Source of the DNA: Camelus dromedarius
Taxonomy: Eukaryota
Direction: 5' to 3'
Length of the DNA: 64,000 nucleotides
NCBI RefSeq assembly: GCF_036321535.1
Contig: NC_087437.1
Location: 111,416,001-111,480,000 of the forward strand
This document shows, in pieces, positions 11,901-24,122 of the stretch. The position numbers were made by a program, and so were the translations under genes. A model generated the notes under the pieces. It made no database searches and had not been told where the DNA came from. It saw nothing but the letters and a program-made list of their open reading frames with translations. Numbering within the stretch: position 1 is the stretch's first letter; each line of letters begins with the position of its first letter.

Positions 11901-12633
11901 TGAAGATGTTTTTTGGAAAATCAAGCATTCTGCATCCTTCTAAAGGTAACTAGGCTTGAAGTAAGTTCACCCAGAGAGGAAGAGCAGGTTTGTGTCTGAA
12001 TTTAGAATCTCATCTCCAGGGGTCCCCAGCTTCTGAGGACTAGGGGGTTCGAGCCTGAGAAATCCTCCAAACCTGGAAGATCACATGAGCTTGGAGGCTC
12101 AACTTTTCCACCTCCCCTTGGAGGTTCAGTCCTGTCAATACTCAGTGGAATGGAGACACCAACAAAATGGAAAAATTGGGAGACTAGATAAATCGCAGCC
12201 ATTTGGAAGAAGGTGAGCTGAGAACACCCCACATTTGGGAGAGGGCTCCCCTGCATTGGGAGGAGTGGGTGACTCTCCAGTTTTCTCCTTTTTCCTCCAT
12301 ATTTTCTATGTCATTAGGGCTTCGCAAGTTTTCCACAGGGACGAGGAAGACTTCTTGGGAGGCTCCTTCTGGTCTTCAGAACTAGGAGGAGCCAGGGACG
12401 GAGGGGAGGGCCAGAAACCCGGCCAACTCAGAAGGTCAGAAAAGGTAGACTAGGGTCAGGAGACCTGTCAGGAATGAGGAGCGTGCCTTTGCCACAGTCT
12501 CACTGATTATTTTCTCAGGCCCAATGAGAGGCAGCTGGTGGGCTTTAGTGCCCACTGCAGAGAGGAGATCTCCCTGAAGAGGGGTCAGCTCTCAAATCAC
12601 TTCTTAAACGCCTCATCACCTAAGACGCTCTTG

Positions 12634-12775
12634 CAGTGGCTCTTAGCCCCACTGGGCCTCTGAATCGGTGAGCGGATTTGAGACACAGAGGCTTAGACCC
12701 CAGAGGTTCTGAATTAATAGGTCCAGGGTGGAGCCCCAACCTTGGTATGATTTGCAAGAGGGTTAAAAACCACTG
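12634..12775. mobile_element. MER5-like hAT MITE
   Basis: TIRs cagtgg...ccactg; internal ccccagaggttctgaattaataggtccagggtggagccc. Confidence 0.7.
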
Positions 12776-14629
12776 AACAATCTCTTTAGACCACATCACG
12801 GGTTACTTATGATTAGACAAGGCAGAATGTAAGAGAAGACTTTGGGCTTTGAAATTGGCTGATCAATGTAAGGGGCTGGAGAATGGGAGTAATAACATGT
12901 ACCCTGTAAGGTGGCCAGCACAGAGCAGGTACTCAATGGATGGCAGCTCAGTGTGTTGAGGACTATTTATTTGCAAAGCTGCAAGAGGAAAATACAAAAG
13001 GCAACAGGAGAACAGGGAGTGAGAGAATAATAGAGATGGTCAATCTCTATTGCTCGTCAAGACTGACCTGAGTTTTGGCATCAAAAGAGAGCTTGAACGC
13101 TTTGGTTTGCTACGAACAAAAGCTAAGAAGCCAGTCTTCAATTTCAGCGCTTGGGTCCAGAATTTCTATTTGTACCAGGGTGCTGTGCAAATCACATCTG
13201 GATTGAGTGGCCATTTGCTTTATCTTCCTGTCCTGGGCTGCTTTAGATTCGGGGGCTGGGATCTGCTTTGTGTTAAAGATTATCTCCCCAGAGAGTGTGT
13301 AATCTGCACTTATGATGTCTGGTAGTGGAGGTCAACTGCTTTCCCACAGTCTAAACCCAGACCCAGCCTTCCTCACTATCCCATTTTGTAACAGCAATTG
13401 GCCAAAGGGAAGAAGGAAGGTTTCCAAAACGGGCTTGAAGCTTGAGTCTAAACTGAATAGGTGTTTCCTCCTGCACGTTTAGGATAATCTCTTTGTCTGA
13501 CTCCCAGAGAGGCTGATCCAATTCCAAGTATGGCTCTGAGTCAGGTCTTCACTCAGTGGCTTTCAAGTTCTCCTGAAAAGTTGGGTGTTGTGCTAACAAG
13601 TCCGTGGTAATTCAAGCATTCTTTCTCCCTAAGATCACTTTATACTTCAAGATTCTGGTCTCTTGGTTTTTTAAATTGATCTTCCCTTGGCACTTCACAC
13701 TTGGAACATCAACTGGAAGGTTCTTTGTCCCCTTCCTCAAAAATTAATGATGTGTGGGGAAACTTTTAGGCGCACTGAGGGAGCCCCAATTAAAAGAGGC
13801 CTGGGCAGTGGCCGTCTGCAAAACAATCACCCTTTGAATGCGTTGCTGCCCACTCTACCCAAATCTGTCTGCTTTGCAAGTTTGGGTTTTGTGTATTAGA
13901 GTTTCTTAAAATAGGACTCACAGTTGAACCTCATTCAGGCGCTGAGATAAAGCCTTCAGCCAGGTCTGCAGGGAGCAGTGTGACTGAGCTGGTGTGCGGT
14001 GATGACGGCCACAGCCTCATGCTGGGCTCTAAATCACAGCTAAAACCCCAGAGCTAAAAGCATTATTCCTCTCTGGCACTTTCCATTTAAAAGTCATGCT
14101 ATATTTTTGTTTCCAATTATAGAAGGGGGAAAATAAAAGCATCTGGAACTCATTACAGTCCCTTTATTCCAACGCCATAACTTTAAGAAAGCAAAACAAG
14201 CTCTCTCGAAAGTGCACAGGAAGAGAGGAAGCAATGCCTCCAGAGCTAAGCCCTCACACCCTAGCCCCTGATCCCATGTGCATCTCTGTGGCCACATTGC
14301 AAACACATGGAGTGTGGGGTTTATGATGGAAACCTTGACAGCTCGTCAGCTCCCACCAGGAGGGAGCTCAAAGGAGCCTGGGGGGTGGTCACTCAGCTTC
14401 TCAGGCTGCTTGGCTTCTTCTCTCTGGCCTTTCCTGATGTGCAAGACTTGACCCCCAGCCCAAGAACCCAAGCCCACAAGATCAGGCCTTCTCCTGCAGG
14501 AATTGCAAGCATCCTGGTTCCAGAAACTCAAGGTTCCAGTGGATGTTGTGAAGAAACCAGCTTGGAGAGAGTGCAAGCTCATATCACCTTTAATGTCACA
14601 TGGAAGGAGATTGACACATGACTCCTGAT

Positions 14630-14920
14630 GGCCTCAGGACTCAAATAAAACTCCTTGGCATGCCACCCACGGCCCCTCCTGGTCTGCTCCCTGCCACTGC
14701 CCTGGATTAGTTATCACTCATTCTCCTTGAGCATATCCTCTTCTGCCAGATGATCATTCATTTCTCCAAACACACCACGAACATATATGTCTATGCTCAT
14801 GCAGCTACCCTATCTTCAGAGCCCTTCCTCATTCTATTTCCATGGCTAGGAAACTTCAGCCCATTCTTGAGCAGCCAATTCAAATAGCACCTTCCTCAAG
14901 AGCACTCAGAATAGTCATTG
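14630..14920 (+). mobile_element. L2 fragment
   Basis: aaactccttggcatg...ctggtctgctccctgcc...caattcaaatagcaccttcctca. Confidence 0.55.
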
Positions 14921-15072
14921 ACCTCCAACTATTTTCTAAGTGTGATTGTGGCTGCTAGGTCTATAACAGACAGAAAGATGAAGACCATGCCCCCAAAGAA
15001 CTTAGAGAGGAGACCCCATTCACTTTGGTTGATTTTTAGCCAATGCCTAAGGTACATCTGACTCTAAGGGGT

Positions 15073-15566
15073 TGTATTAGTTTCCTATGGCTGCTATAAC
15101 AAATGATCACAAATATAGTGACTTAAAACAACCAAACTGATTATCTTAGAGTTCTGTAGGCTTGAAATCCAACATAGGTTATTGGGCTAAAATCAAGGCT
15201 GCATGACTTTCTGAAGAATCTGTTTTCTTGCCTTTCCAGGTTTCTAGAGGCCACATGCTTTCCTTGGCTCATGGTCCCTTCCTCCGTCTTTACATCCAGC
15301 AACAGCCATACAGTCCTTTCCAAATCAAATCATGCTGACGATCTTCTGCCTCCCTCTTCTGCTTTTAAGGTCCTTTCTGATTACACTGATTACACTGAGC
15401 CCATCCAGATCATGCAGCATCATTTCTTTATCTTAAAACCAGCTGATTAGCAACTTGAATTCCATCTGCAACCTTAACACCCCATTCACCTTGTAATGTA
15501 ACATAGTTATAAGTTCCAGTTAGGATGTGGACATCTTTGGGATGGGGCTTTATTTTAACTATTACA
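15073..15566 (-). mobile_element. MaLR solo LTR (MLT1D-like)
   Basis: tgtattagtttcctatggctgctataacaaat...gggctaaaatcaagg...ttaggatgtggacatctttggg...attaca. Confidence 0.88.
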
Positions 15567-15727
15567 GAGGATAAAATGATAAAGGGGATCCTGGGACCCC
15601 CCTCAAGGAGACTTTACTGCAAAGCCTTCCTTGTAAACATTGGCAGAATTAATAACTCCTTTTATATTCCTATTATGCTTTTTGCACTTTATAAATATCT
15701 TTTTAACAACATTTAACACACTTGAAG

Positions 15728-15998
15728 CAGTTTTTCCCAGAGTGTGGAACATATGACACTTGGTACTTTGCATTTAGTCATTTTGTATTTTAATAATCAT
15801 GTACTTTTAATGTGAATTTGAAAAGCGTAAATAACATATCCAATCTGTGATATATTCTTTCTTTTTAAATTAAACTGATTTAAGATTTTGAAGAGTGAGA
15901 CAAATAAAATATGAATTAGTAGTACACTTTGTATGGGCAAAGGCGAAAACAAAAGTGAGGGTAGTACCTGAAAGACCGCAATATTAAAAAAAAACCTA
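15728..15998. mobile_element. MER113-like hAT-Charlie element within an L2 3' end (L2 ~15590-16150)
   Basis: cagtttttcccagagtgtgg...gtgagggtagtacctgaaagac; L2 resumes at tgagttccttgagggcagaga...tattcaataaatatttg. Confidence 0.55.
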
Positions 15999-16889
15999 TC
16001 TTATAGTTAATGTTTGCTAGAGAAACTCTGAGTTCCTTGAGGGCAGAGAGTTGTCAGTCTTCTCATTATCGTATTCCTGGATCTTAGTAAACTTTCCAGC
16101 ACAAAATTGGTATTCAATAAATATTTGTAGAATATACAAATAACTGATTAAATGATTAACCTCTGTGTTATTTTCACCCCTTTAGCACCCCTATCCAGGA
16201 ACTGTACTCATTAATTTTTGTATTTATGGAATCTAGTACCTGCGACAACACAAGTGCTCAAATGTTCATTGAATAAATGAATAAAATAAGCTTGAGTTGT
16301 GGATTTGAATTGTGATTTCTTTTTATACCTTTTAGATTAATTCCACAGTATGGAAATACAGCTAAAGTAATGATTGAACAATCACTATCTGCGTTTTAAT
16401 TATTTTCTTATAATGAGGCTTTGCTATCATGTGTACTCTATAGGGAGTAATAGATGAGTATGCAAATATTGAAGATTTAATGTAGCTGAGGTCCAGATTC
16501 TTGACCATCTATTACAATTGAAACTTACACCAAGCATCAGAAGATAGAAGTTAATATATACACAAAAGACTCTCAGCTTTCCCCTCCTGGTTCCTGGGTC
16601 TTCTTCATAATAGTGTTCTGGTTTGGTGGATATTTCCTGGGTTACATGGTTCATTATTCCATTCATGTATTCAGCACTGTAGCAGGTTCATTGTGTGCAA
16701 CATGAACCTGTACTTGAAGGACTCAAAGTTGAATAAAACCCAGTTACTAACTTCAACAAGCTTACAGTTTAGTAGAGGAGAGATTCACACTTAAGTCTAT
16801 AATTGCCATGCAATTAAAAGAGCTATACCAGGAATAGGGCTTGGGGGCATTAAAAGGGAGTTTGTAGTTTGAGTTCAATCAAATTATGA

Positions 16890-17700
16890 TGCTAAAACAA
16901 AGAAAGCAAATAATAAGTTAACTCTCTGTGAAAGAATATAACAAATTCCAGAATTCCACAACAGAAACTTTGTAATATCCAGGGTATAATTGAAAAAAAT
17001 TACTCAACGTATGAAGAACCAAGGAAATGCCTCAAGAGACATTTCAAGAGATAAGTCAGTCAATAGGAATGAAACAGATGTTGAAATTAGCAGTCTTGGG
17101 TTTTTAAATGGCTTTTGAACTACATTCACTGACTTAAAGTAAAACAGAGAACTAGAAGCCATAAAAAAAAGAGCTAAATAGAAGTTCTAGAACTGAAAAA
17201 CACAATATCTGGAATTAAAAGTCCGTTGTATGTACTTGAAAGTAGAATGGAAATAACAGAGTCAATGGACTTGAAGACAGAGCCATAGAAATTGTTCATT
17301 CTGGGAAAAAAAAAAAAAACACTACAGGAAAAAATCCTGAAAAATTAACAGACCCTCAGGAACCAGTTTAAAAATGATCACAGATTTAATATACATATAG
17401 TTAGAGTCTCAAGAGAGGTGAGAGAAGTTGGGGCACAGAAAGTATCTTAATAAATAATGTATGAAAATTTCCCAAATTTGATGAAAGACATAAATTTACA
17501 GATTGAGGAAGCTCAGCAAATTCTAAACAGGGTAAATATGAATAAATATGAAGAAACCCATACCTAGGTACACCATAGTTAAATGCCAAAAATAAAAATA
17601 AAGAGAAAATCTTGAAAGAAGCCAGAAGAAAATGACCTATTACATATAAGGGAACAAAGATTTGAATATATCTGATTTTTCATCAAAAACTCTGGAGACT
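16890..17700 (+). mobile_element. Ancient L1 ORF1 region
   Basis: gaagctcagcaaattctaaacagg...aaagagaaaatcttgaaagaagccaga...tataagggaacaaag..tctgatttttcatcaaaaactctggag, encoding ORF1p-like EAQ / KEKILKEAR / YKG / DFSSKTLE. Confidence 0.8.
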
Positions 17701-17847
17701 ATGTACGCTGTTTGGGTGATAAGTTAGCATGGTTTTGGTTGTACACATGTAGTTGTTTATCAAGATAGGTGGAAGCATTATTTTTCTACTGTCTTTATAC
17801 AGAAGTAATAGTTTAAAGAGGTGTGTGTAGATACAAAGATAGTAAAT

Positions 17848-18424
17848 TGTACTGGATTGACCACTAAATTGGACATTTCACTTCCAGAATTCTCTTCCCT
17901 GTATAGTTCTGGGCTAAAATTGGTCAAAAACAGGATTTGCAAAAAGATTTCGAGGCAGAAGTGAACCAGCACAATTATCTCAACAGAACATCATTAGATG
18001 CTGAAACAGCAAATACAGAGGTGCCTAAGGGATCTCAGCTTGTCCTTGCTTCCTCTGTTCCACATCCAGCTCATCTTCCAGAATGTAGATCCCAATGACC
18101 AACAGTGGCCCCAGGCTCTCTGTCAGACTTAGTGGCAGATGCACTCAGACAGCAACTTCCCATGGACAACTCCAGAAGCTCCCTATTCTTGGTCCTACTT
18201 TGGTGGTTTGATACACCAAGCCTTTCAGATTCCCCTGAAAGCTCCAGCTTGCCTACTCACACCAGGGCTTCAGGAAGACTGGTTAGTAACTTCATCTCTA
18301 ATCTTCTAACTCTCCCTTCCAAATCTTCACTCCCCCAGTCCCTCCCACCACTGTGTAAAGGTCTGATTCCTTATCCCATAGCATTTGTAGTGGTTCCAAT
18401 TCCCTGGATACACTTTGACTGACA
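17848..18424 (+). mobile_element. ERVL-type solo LTR (LTR16/33/41 group)
   Basis: Starts tgt; ends tgtgtaaaggtctgattcc...tagtggttccaattccctgga..tgactgaca, typical of this LTR group. Confidence 0.55.
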
Positions 18425-18439
18425 TCCAAGTGAGGAAAA

Positions 18440-18630
18440 GGTTAAGTGGTGACTTGCACACTTGTGCTGAAAGCTCCCACCCATCAGGACGCACAGCACT
18501 TCTGTTTGGGTTCCACTGGCCAAAACAGATCCATGGCCACACCTAACTTCAAATATGGCAGGGAAATGCAATCCCTCCAAGTGCCTAGAAGCAAACTTGA
18601 ACCAGAATATTTGCAAATATCCTACTACAC
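18440..18630 (-). mobile_element. Old MaLR LTR fragment (MLT1J/K-like)
   Basis: ccactggccaaaac...catggccacacctaacttcaa...gggaaatgcaatcc...ctacaca. Confidence 0.65.
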
Positions 18631-18734
18631 ATAGGATCATAAGTAAATGATCACTAGATATTTGGATATTTGGATATGTAGATAAAAGTATGGACATGAG
18701 ATCGATGGAAATCAGTGAAGAGGAAAATAACCTT

Positions 18735-19072
18735 TTATTCATTAGCTATCAAGCACCAACCTTGTGTAAAATCATTTCCAAGCTTGTCATTAGACCTCAA
18801 AACCTCCCTATGAGTCAGTTTTCTTATTCCTACTTTACAGAGTAATTCTGTAAGATCAGAGACCACGCTTTTTTTTTTTAATGAATTTTATTTTAAAAAG
18901 GATGTTTAGATTTTCTAATTCTTTCAATAATATTTTAAAGAATGTGTTACTATCCTATTTTTCTTTAAGCTCAGTGATAGCTGGGAACTTCTCCAAAGCT
19001 ACACAGTGAAAAAGTGGCCCTGGATTTGAACCGTCTCCTGCTGACTCCAGGGTTTCTGGTCATCCCATCACA
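18735..19072 (-). mobile_element. MIR split by a ~100-bp poly(T)-headed insert (18863-18965)
   Basis: MIR 3' part up to ...cctactttacaga; resumes taagctcag...ccaaagctacacag...ggatttgaacc..ctgactccag. Confidence 0.65.
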
Positions 19073-19074
19073 TT

Positions 19075-19605
19075 ACAGTGGCCTTTCAAAGATGACGAAG
19101 TGATCTTTCCTCTTTAAAACTCTCCAAGGACTGCCTTTAACACTGCCAATGAGACGCCTCACTTTCCAGTTTTCCTCCAAGCTCCAGGAACAGTGACCAC
19201 CTGGCAACTCCCCTAAGGAACATACTGTTCCATATGTCATCACATGTGCTGTTGTCTGTCTTAGAACACCTTCCTCTCCAACTTCCACCCCTCCAAGGGG
19301 GCAGGGATCTTATTTATGTTTCATCTACCAGTTTCATCTCCTAACTCTATGAAATAAGCCTTCTCTGACCCATTCAGGCAGACTCCGTCTTCCCCACTCC
19401 GTGTGCCCAGCATTCTCAGGACCTGCCTCTCCTACTGCATTGGTCATACCATAGCAATGTTATTGATGTATGACTTCCACTCTCTGAGCAAGGATCCTGT
19501 CTCATTCATCTTTGTATCTGCCATACCTAGTATGGTGCCTGGCACATTATCCATGTCCAATAATGAATGAATGAGTGGATGGGTGGATGGATGGATGGAT
19601 GAATA
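19075..19605 (+). mobile_element. L2 3' end with (TGAA)/(TGGA) tail
   Basis: tcattcatctttgtatct...atggtgcctggcacat...aatgaatgaatgagtggatgg. Confidence 0.75.
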
Positions 19606-20179
19606 TGGAAAGGTATATAATAATCTTCCAAGCAGGGACATAAAATTCCTGAAAATCAGCTGAATGCTGCCTCCGCACTCTCTTCTCCAAGGCCAGGGGC
19701 ACGTGGCCAACCTCTACAGGAGTTTTCCATCTTGTTCTTAAATGCATCTTGTTGGATCTATGGTTGAATAATGTCTGGGACCTGGGAGAGAAGAATTGGC
19801 CTAATCTCACTATCTTAGTCAGTTAATGGGCCAGAGATCTAGCTGAGCCTCTTCTGTCATTTTGCAAAGAAAATGCAAGAAAAGTCTTAAAGGTCAAATA
19901 TTTATGCCACAAAGACATTTTCATCAGCTTTAGAGAAAAGCGTCAGATGCATGCTTTAATCCCCCTTCTCTTTTGCTGTCCCTGAGTAATTCAAAGTGAA
20001 GTGGAAACCTAGCAGTTAACCAATTAACTTGATTGGAATAAACAGCCCAATTAGATAATTAATGATCATGTTTGCCAAATTTCTGCTTCACTATTTTGCT
20101 GGGTAGATACAGCTCTGAGGCTAGAGATACATTTATAAACAAATTACCCAGTTGTCCTAGTGACTCTTCCTGTATCTTG

Positions 20180-20203
20180 TTTTGAGGAGAGAGGTAATTG
20201 GGT

Positions 20204-20272
<69 letters not shown>

Positions 20273-20353
20273 TTTAACAGAGGTACTGGGGATTGAACAC
20301 CTGACCTTGTGCATGCTAAGCATGAGGTCTACCACTGAGCTATACCCTCCCCC
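20180..20353 (-). mobile_element. Camelid tRNA-derived SINE (Vic-1-like) with (AAAT)n tail and TSD
   Basis: Reverse complement reads ggggagggtatagctcagtggtagacctcatgcttagcatgcacaaggtcaggtgttcaatccccagtacctc (Pol III A/B boxes), then (AAAT)n, cccaattacctc; TSD tcctgtatcttg at 20168-20179 and 20359-20370. Confidence 0.9.
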
Positions 20354-20796
20354 AGTACTCCTGTATCTTGAATCTCGCATCTTCCATTACCCTTTCTGGC
20401 TCTTCTCCATCACTTAGAAAACAACTAGAGAAAGAGGAAGGCTCACAGCACCAGGAAGTTTACCCTCACGTCTGGCTCTAAAAGGAATCTGATGGCCTCA
20501 AGCTTGGCATGTCAACCCAGGCCAAGGTTATGAACTTGCATTTCTTCTCTATATCAGTATCCAAAAAAAAATGACTTCTCTGTTTACTCTTTGTCACAAG
20601 AGCCAAGAGATGTGAAGGTCCCTTCCTGCAGATCATGCATTAAATGTGACTTGTTGAAGAGTTGATATCCTTCCTCTCCATTTTGCATGGCTGGGAGAAG
20701 GTGCATCTATTGCTTCTCCAAGGCTTTTTTTTTTTTTTTTTTTGGCTGCTGTTGAGTACAGGGAAGATTAAGTGGTAAAGCATTTCTACACTTAAA

Positions 20797-20853
20797 TGTG
20801 TGTTTGTGTGTGTGTGTGTGTGTGTACACATACATACATATAGATAGATAGAT
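20797..20853. repeat. Compound microsatellite (TG)n-(CATA)n-(GATA)n
   Basis: Read directly from the sequence. Confidence 0.9.
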
Positions 20854-21344
20854 AAAAACACAGATTCCCAAAAGAGGCAGTCGTTTTTGTAATGGAAGTA
20901 ACATAGCCTACATGGAGGGGTTGTTTTCAGGTCAATAAGAGTATAAATGTAGAAAGCCTTGTGGAGAGGGGTGGAGAGATCTGCAGAGCTGGCATTGGCA
21001 TAACCAGTCCACACTGCAGCCGCAGTCAATTACTGGTGTTAGAATACTTAGAAATTCTCAAACCTTTCAAGAAGCACATTTTCAATTGTCACAGATTTAC
21101 CATACACTGATTGGGCCCATGCTAAGACTTTATGCATTTTTTAAAAAATCAGTGAGCACCTATTTCCTGCTAAGTGCTGCTCTACAGAAATAACAATGAA
21201 TGAGGCAAATAACTTACAGTCTAGGTAACAGGCATTAATGCCTGCTCACTCCTACAAAGCCGACATTAGAACCCCATTTTGGCCATTTCAACCCATTCCA
21301 AGGTCTGCACACAAGGTGGAGATGGTAGGATTAAAGCTCAATGC

Positions 21345-22730
21345 AGAGGACAGATTGATGGTTGCTAGAGGATGGGAGGGCAGAGTGGACAACTGCAAAA
21401 GGGACGCACAAGGCAACCTTTAGATGATGTCAGTACTCTGCGTGGTACTACGATGCTGGATACATAACTCCGCATTTATCAAATTCCATAGAATTGTATC
21501 TCACAAAGAGTGAACTTTAATATATGCAAATTAAAAAAAATCAGCCGAAAGGCTGGAGAATCCCAACATGAAATGCAGACTGTGACTACAGACATTAACT
21601 CTATTACATATGTGTGACATAACCTCAGTAGCCGCGAGCATACCGGCATTCAGATACTGGTTTCTAAATACCGTTCTCTAATGAAAGAAACCAGAGCCTT
21701 GGAGAAATTGCCGATTTCAGGGCTGAGAAAGGGAAAATAAAAGATGAGCTGGAAGTATCATAGAGTATTAAGAAAGTAAGGAAGTGCTCAAAATATAAAA
21801 GGATGGAGGCATGTCAAAAGGACACAAGCCAAATGGAAAAAGCTCCCAATGGCAAAACTGGAAGAATCTGAGCCATCGATCAATCAATCAAAAGTAATTT
21901 ATAAATAAATAAACTAATAACATAAAACTGAATTGTAACCCAAAGTATAAAATACTTATACATGAGTCCATACTGACAGAAATATATGATTGAATAAAAA
22001 AGTAACTAAGGGAGAAGAAACAAACTTTCCTTACGGAAGGATTCCAAACAATTACGTAGATACCCCCTCCAGGAGATGGAGCTTAATTTCACCCAACTCT
22101 GCTTAAATGTGGGTTGGGCTTCATGACTTGCTTCCAAAGAATAAAATATGGAAAGTGGAGGAGGATGACTTTAAAGTGGAGAAACCCTTCAAATACTACC
22201 TTGTCTATACGATCAAGGTTAACATCATCAGTAGTAAGACATGTTGATAACATGTACCCCCTGATATGACATGATTAGCAAGGCATTTCACCGTCCAGAA
22301 AAAAATAACCTCAGTATAACCATATGAAAAATATCAGATAAACCCAAATTAAGGGACATTCCACAAAATGCCTAGCCAGTAATTCTTAAAACTCAATGTC
22401 ATGAAAAACAAAGGAAAGGCTGAGAAACTGTCACAGATCAGGGAACCAAAGGAGAAACGACAACTAAATGCAATGCGGAGCCCCAGATTCCATCCAGAAA
22501 CAAAGAAAAAAAAGGACATCAGTGGAAAATCAGTGAATTTCAAACAGAGTCCAGTATTTACTTAATAATAACATACCAATTTTTTTTAGTTTTGTTTTTA
22601 AACAAATACCATGGTAATATAAAACATGAACATTAGGGGAGGTTGGGTGAAGGGTAGACAAGAACTCACTATGGTATCTTTGCAAATTTTATTTCAATCT
22701 AAAATTTTTTCCAAATAAAATTTATTTGGA
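21345..22730 (+). mobile_element. L1MC3/4-like 3' region
   Basis: cagattgatggttgctagagg...aaacccaaattaagggacattccacaaaat...aaggctgagaaactgtcacagat...caactaaatgcaatg...ccaaataaaa. Confidence 0.8.
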
Positions 22731-22749
22731 AAGACATGAAATTTGGCTG

Positions 22750-22995
22750 ACCTCATGGAATGTACAACACCAAGTCACCAGGTGTAAACTATGGACTCTG
22801 GGTGAAGACGATGTGTCAGCGCAGGTTCATCGATTGTAACAAATGAGTCACTCTGATGCGGGATGTCCACAGTTGGGGAGGCTACGGGTGTGCGGTGGGA
22901 GGGGGAGGGGATATATAGGAACTCCATATTTCTTGCTCAATTTTGCTGTGAACCTAAGACCACTTAAAAAAAAATTAAGTACATTTAAAAAAAAT
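22750..22995 (+). mobile_element. L1MC1/2-like 3' end
   Basis: gaatgtacaacaccaag..tgtaaactatggactctgggtga...ctcaattttgctgtgaacctaa followed by an A-tail. Confidence 0.8.
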
Positions 22996-23723
22996 TCAGA
23001 CATTTAATTCTAGCCATGATGGAGTAACTCCTTAGGAGGTCAATGCGCCCATAAAAAAATAAGAAGAACTGGATTAAAAGAAAAAAAATCTGTTTGAAGG
23101 TATTACAGAGCTTTCAAGGATGCCAGGGCTTGAGACAGCAGAGCACAGAGAGAAGGAAACTGCACTGAAGAAGGCCAAAATTTTGCAAGAAGCTTTTCCC
23201 CTGGAGGCATTTGCCAACTTTGTGTGGGGCTGAAAAACCAGCAGAGCTATATAAATACCTCATAAGGTGAGAGAGATAAAAATTGAGATTTGTGGATGCC
23301 AGAGCTGCCAGGTCTTGAGGGGTCAAGATTCAGGAGAGAAAAAAAGCACAGAGAGTTGAGTGTGACACTCAACATCAGTTTTCTTATTGAAGCATTTTCT
23401 TCTTAGCTGACATGATGCTAAGAAGTCACACAGAAATAGCTGAAAAACAGAGCAAAGTTTTCAGTGGTTTCAAAGTGCTGAGAAATTAAAATTCAACTTC
23501 AGAACTCACCAAGGAAAAGTCCTCAGAAGCTTCCCAGTTCTCAGACCAAGCCTAATGACACCCACAAATCAGTCTTGAGACGTCTCAGCCTCTGATTAGA
23601 TTAAGTTGGTCTTCCTCTGTTGTCTGCCAGAGTGTAAGGTGAATCCCCTGTAGAGGTACATAGCTTCATCCAATATCTATAATTTATCACACACAACACC
23701 CAGCATTCAATCTAAAACTGTCA

Positions 23724-23845
23724 GGGGGTGGGTGGGTATAGCTCAGTGGCAGAGCATGTACGAGGTCTTGGGTTCAATCCCAAGTACCTCCATTAAAAAT
23801 AAAATTAAATAAAATAAAATTAAATTAAATTAAATTAAATTAAAT
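23724..23845 (+). mobile_element. Camelid tRNA-derived SINE (Vic-1-like) with an internal deletion and (AAATT)n tail
   Basis: gggtatagctcagtggcagagcatgtacgaggtcttgggttcaatcccaagtacctcc followed by an A-rich tail. Confidence 0.88.
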
Positions 23846-23890
23846 TGCTAGGATACCAAAAGTCAGGAGCAAAAAGAGCAACTATCCAGA

Positions 23891-24122
23891 GTTAGTGCCC
23901 TTACAGGAAGAGACAGAAGAGAGATGATCTTTCTCTCCCTCATGTGAGAACACAGCAAGAAGATGATCATCTGCAAGCCAGCAAGAGAGTCCTCACCAGG
24001 AACTGAATTGGCGAGCACCTTGATCTCGGACTCCTCAGCCTCAGAACTATGCGAAACAAATGTCTGTTGTTTAAGTCACCAGTTTATGGTATTCTGTTAT
24101 AGCAGCCTGAGCTGACTAAGCT
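23891..24122 (+). mobile_element. MaLR LTR 3' half (MLT1A/B-like)
   Basis: ttagtgcccttacaggaagagac...caccttgatctcggact...gttatagcagcctgagctgactaag. Confidence 0.85.

Noticed and set aside
12200..12420. Minus-strand acceptor (pyrimidine tract + ctag at 12382-12385) as the start of a coding exon
   Set aside because: All three frames stop within ~25 codons and there is no recognisable homology or partner exon
13029..13051. 9-bp inverted repeat aatagagat-ggtca-atctctatt (similar small hairpin at ~38990-39027)
   Set aside because: Short inverted repeats of this size are expected occasionally by chance, and there is no supporting context
20280..20353. tRNA gene (also 23730-23790)
   Set aside because: A/B boxes are present but followed by a SINE body and tail with TSD; no complete cloverleaf
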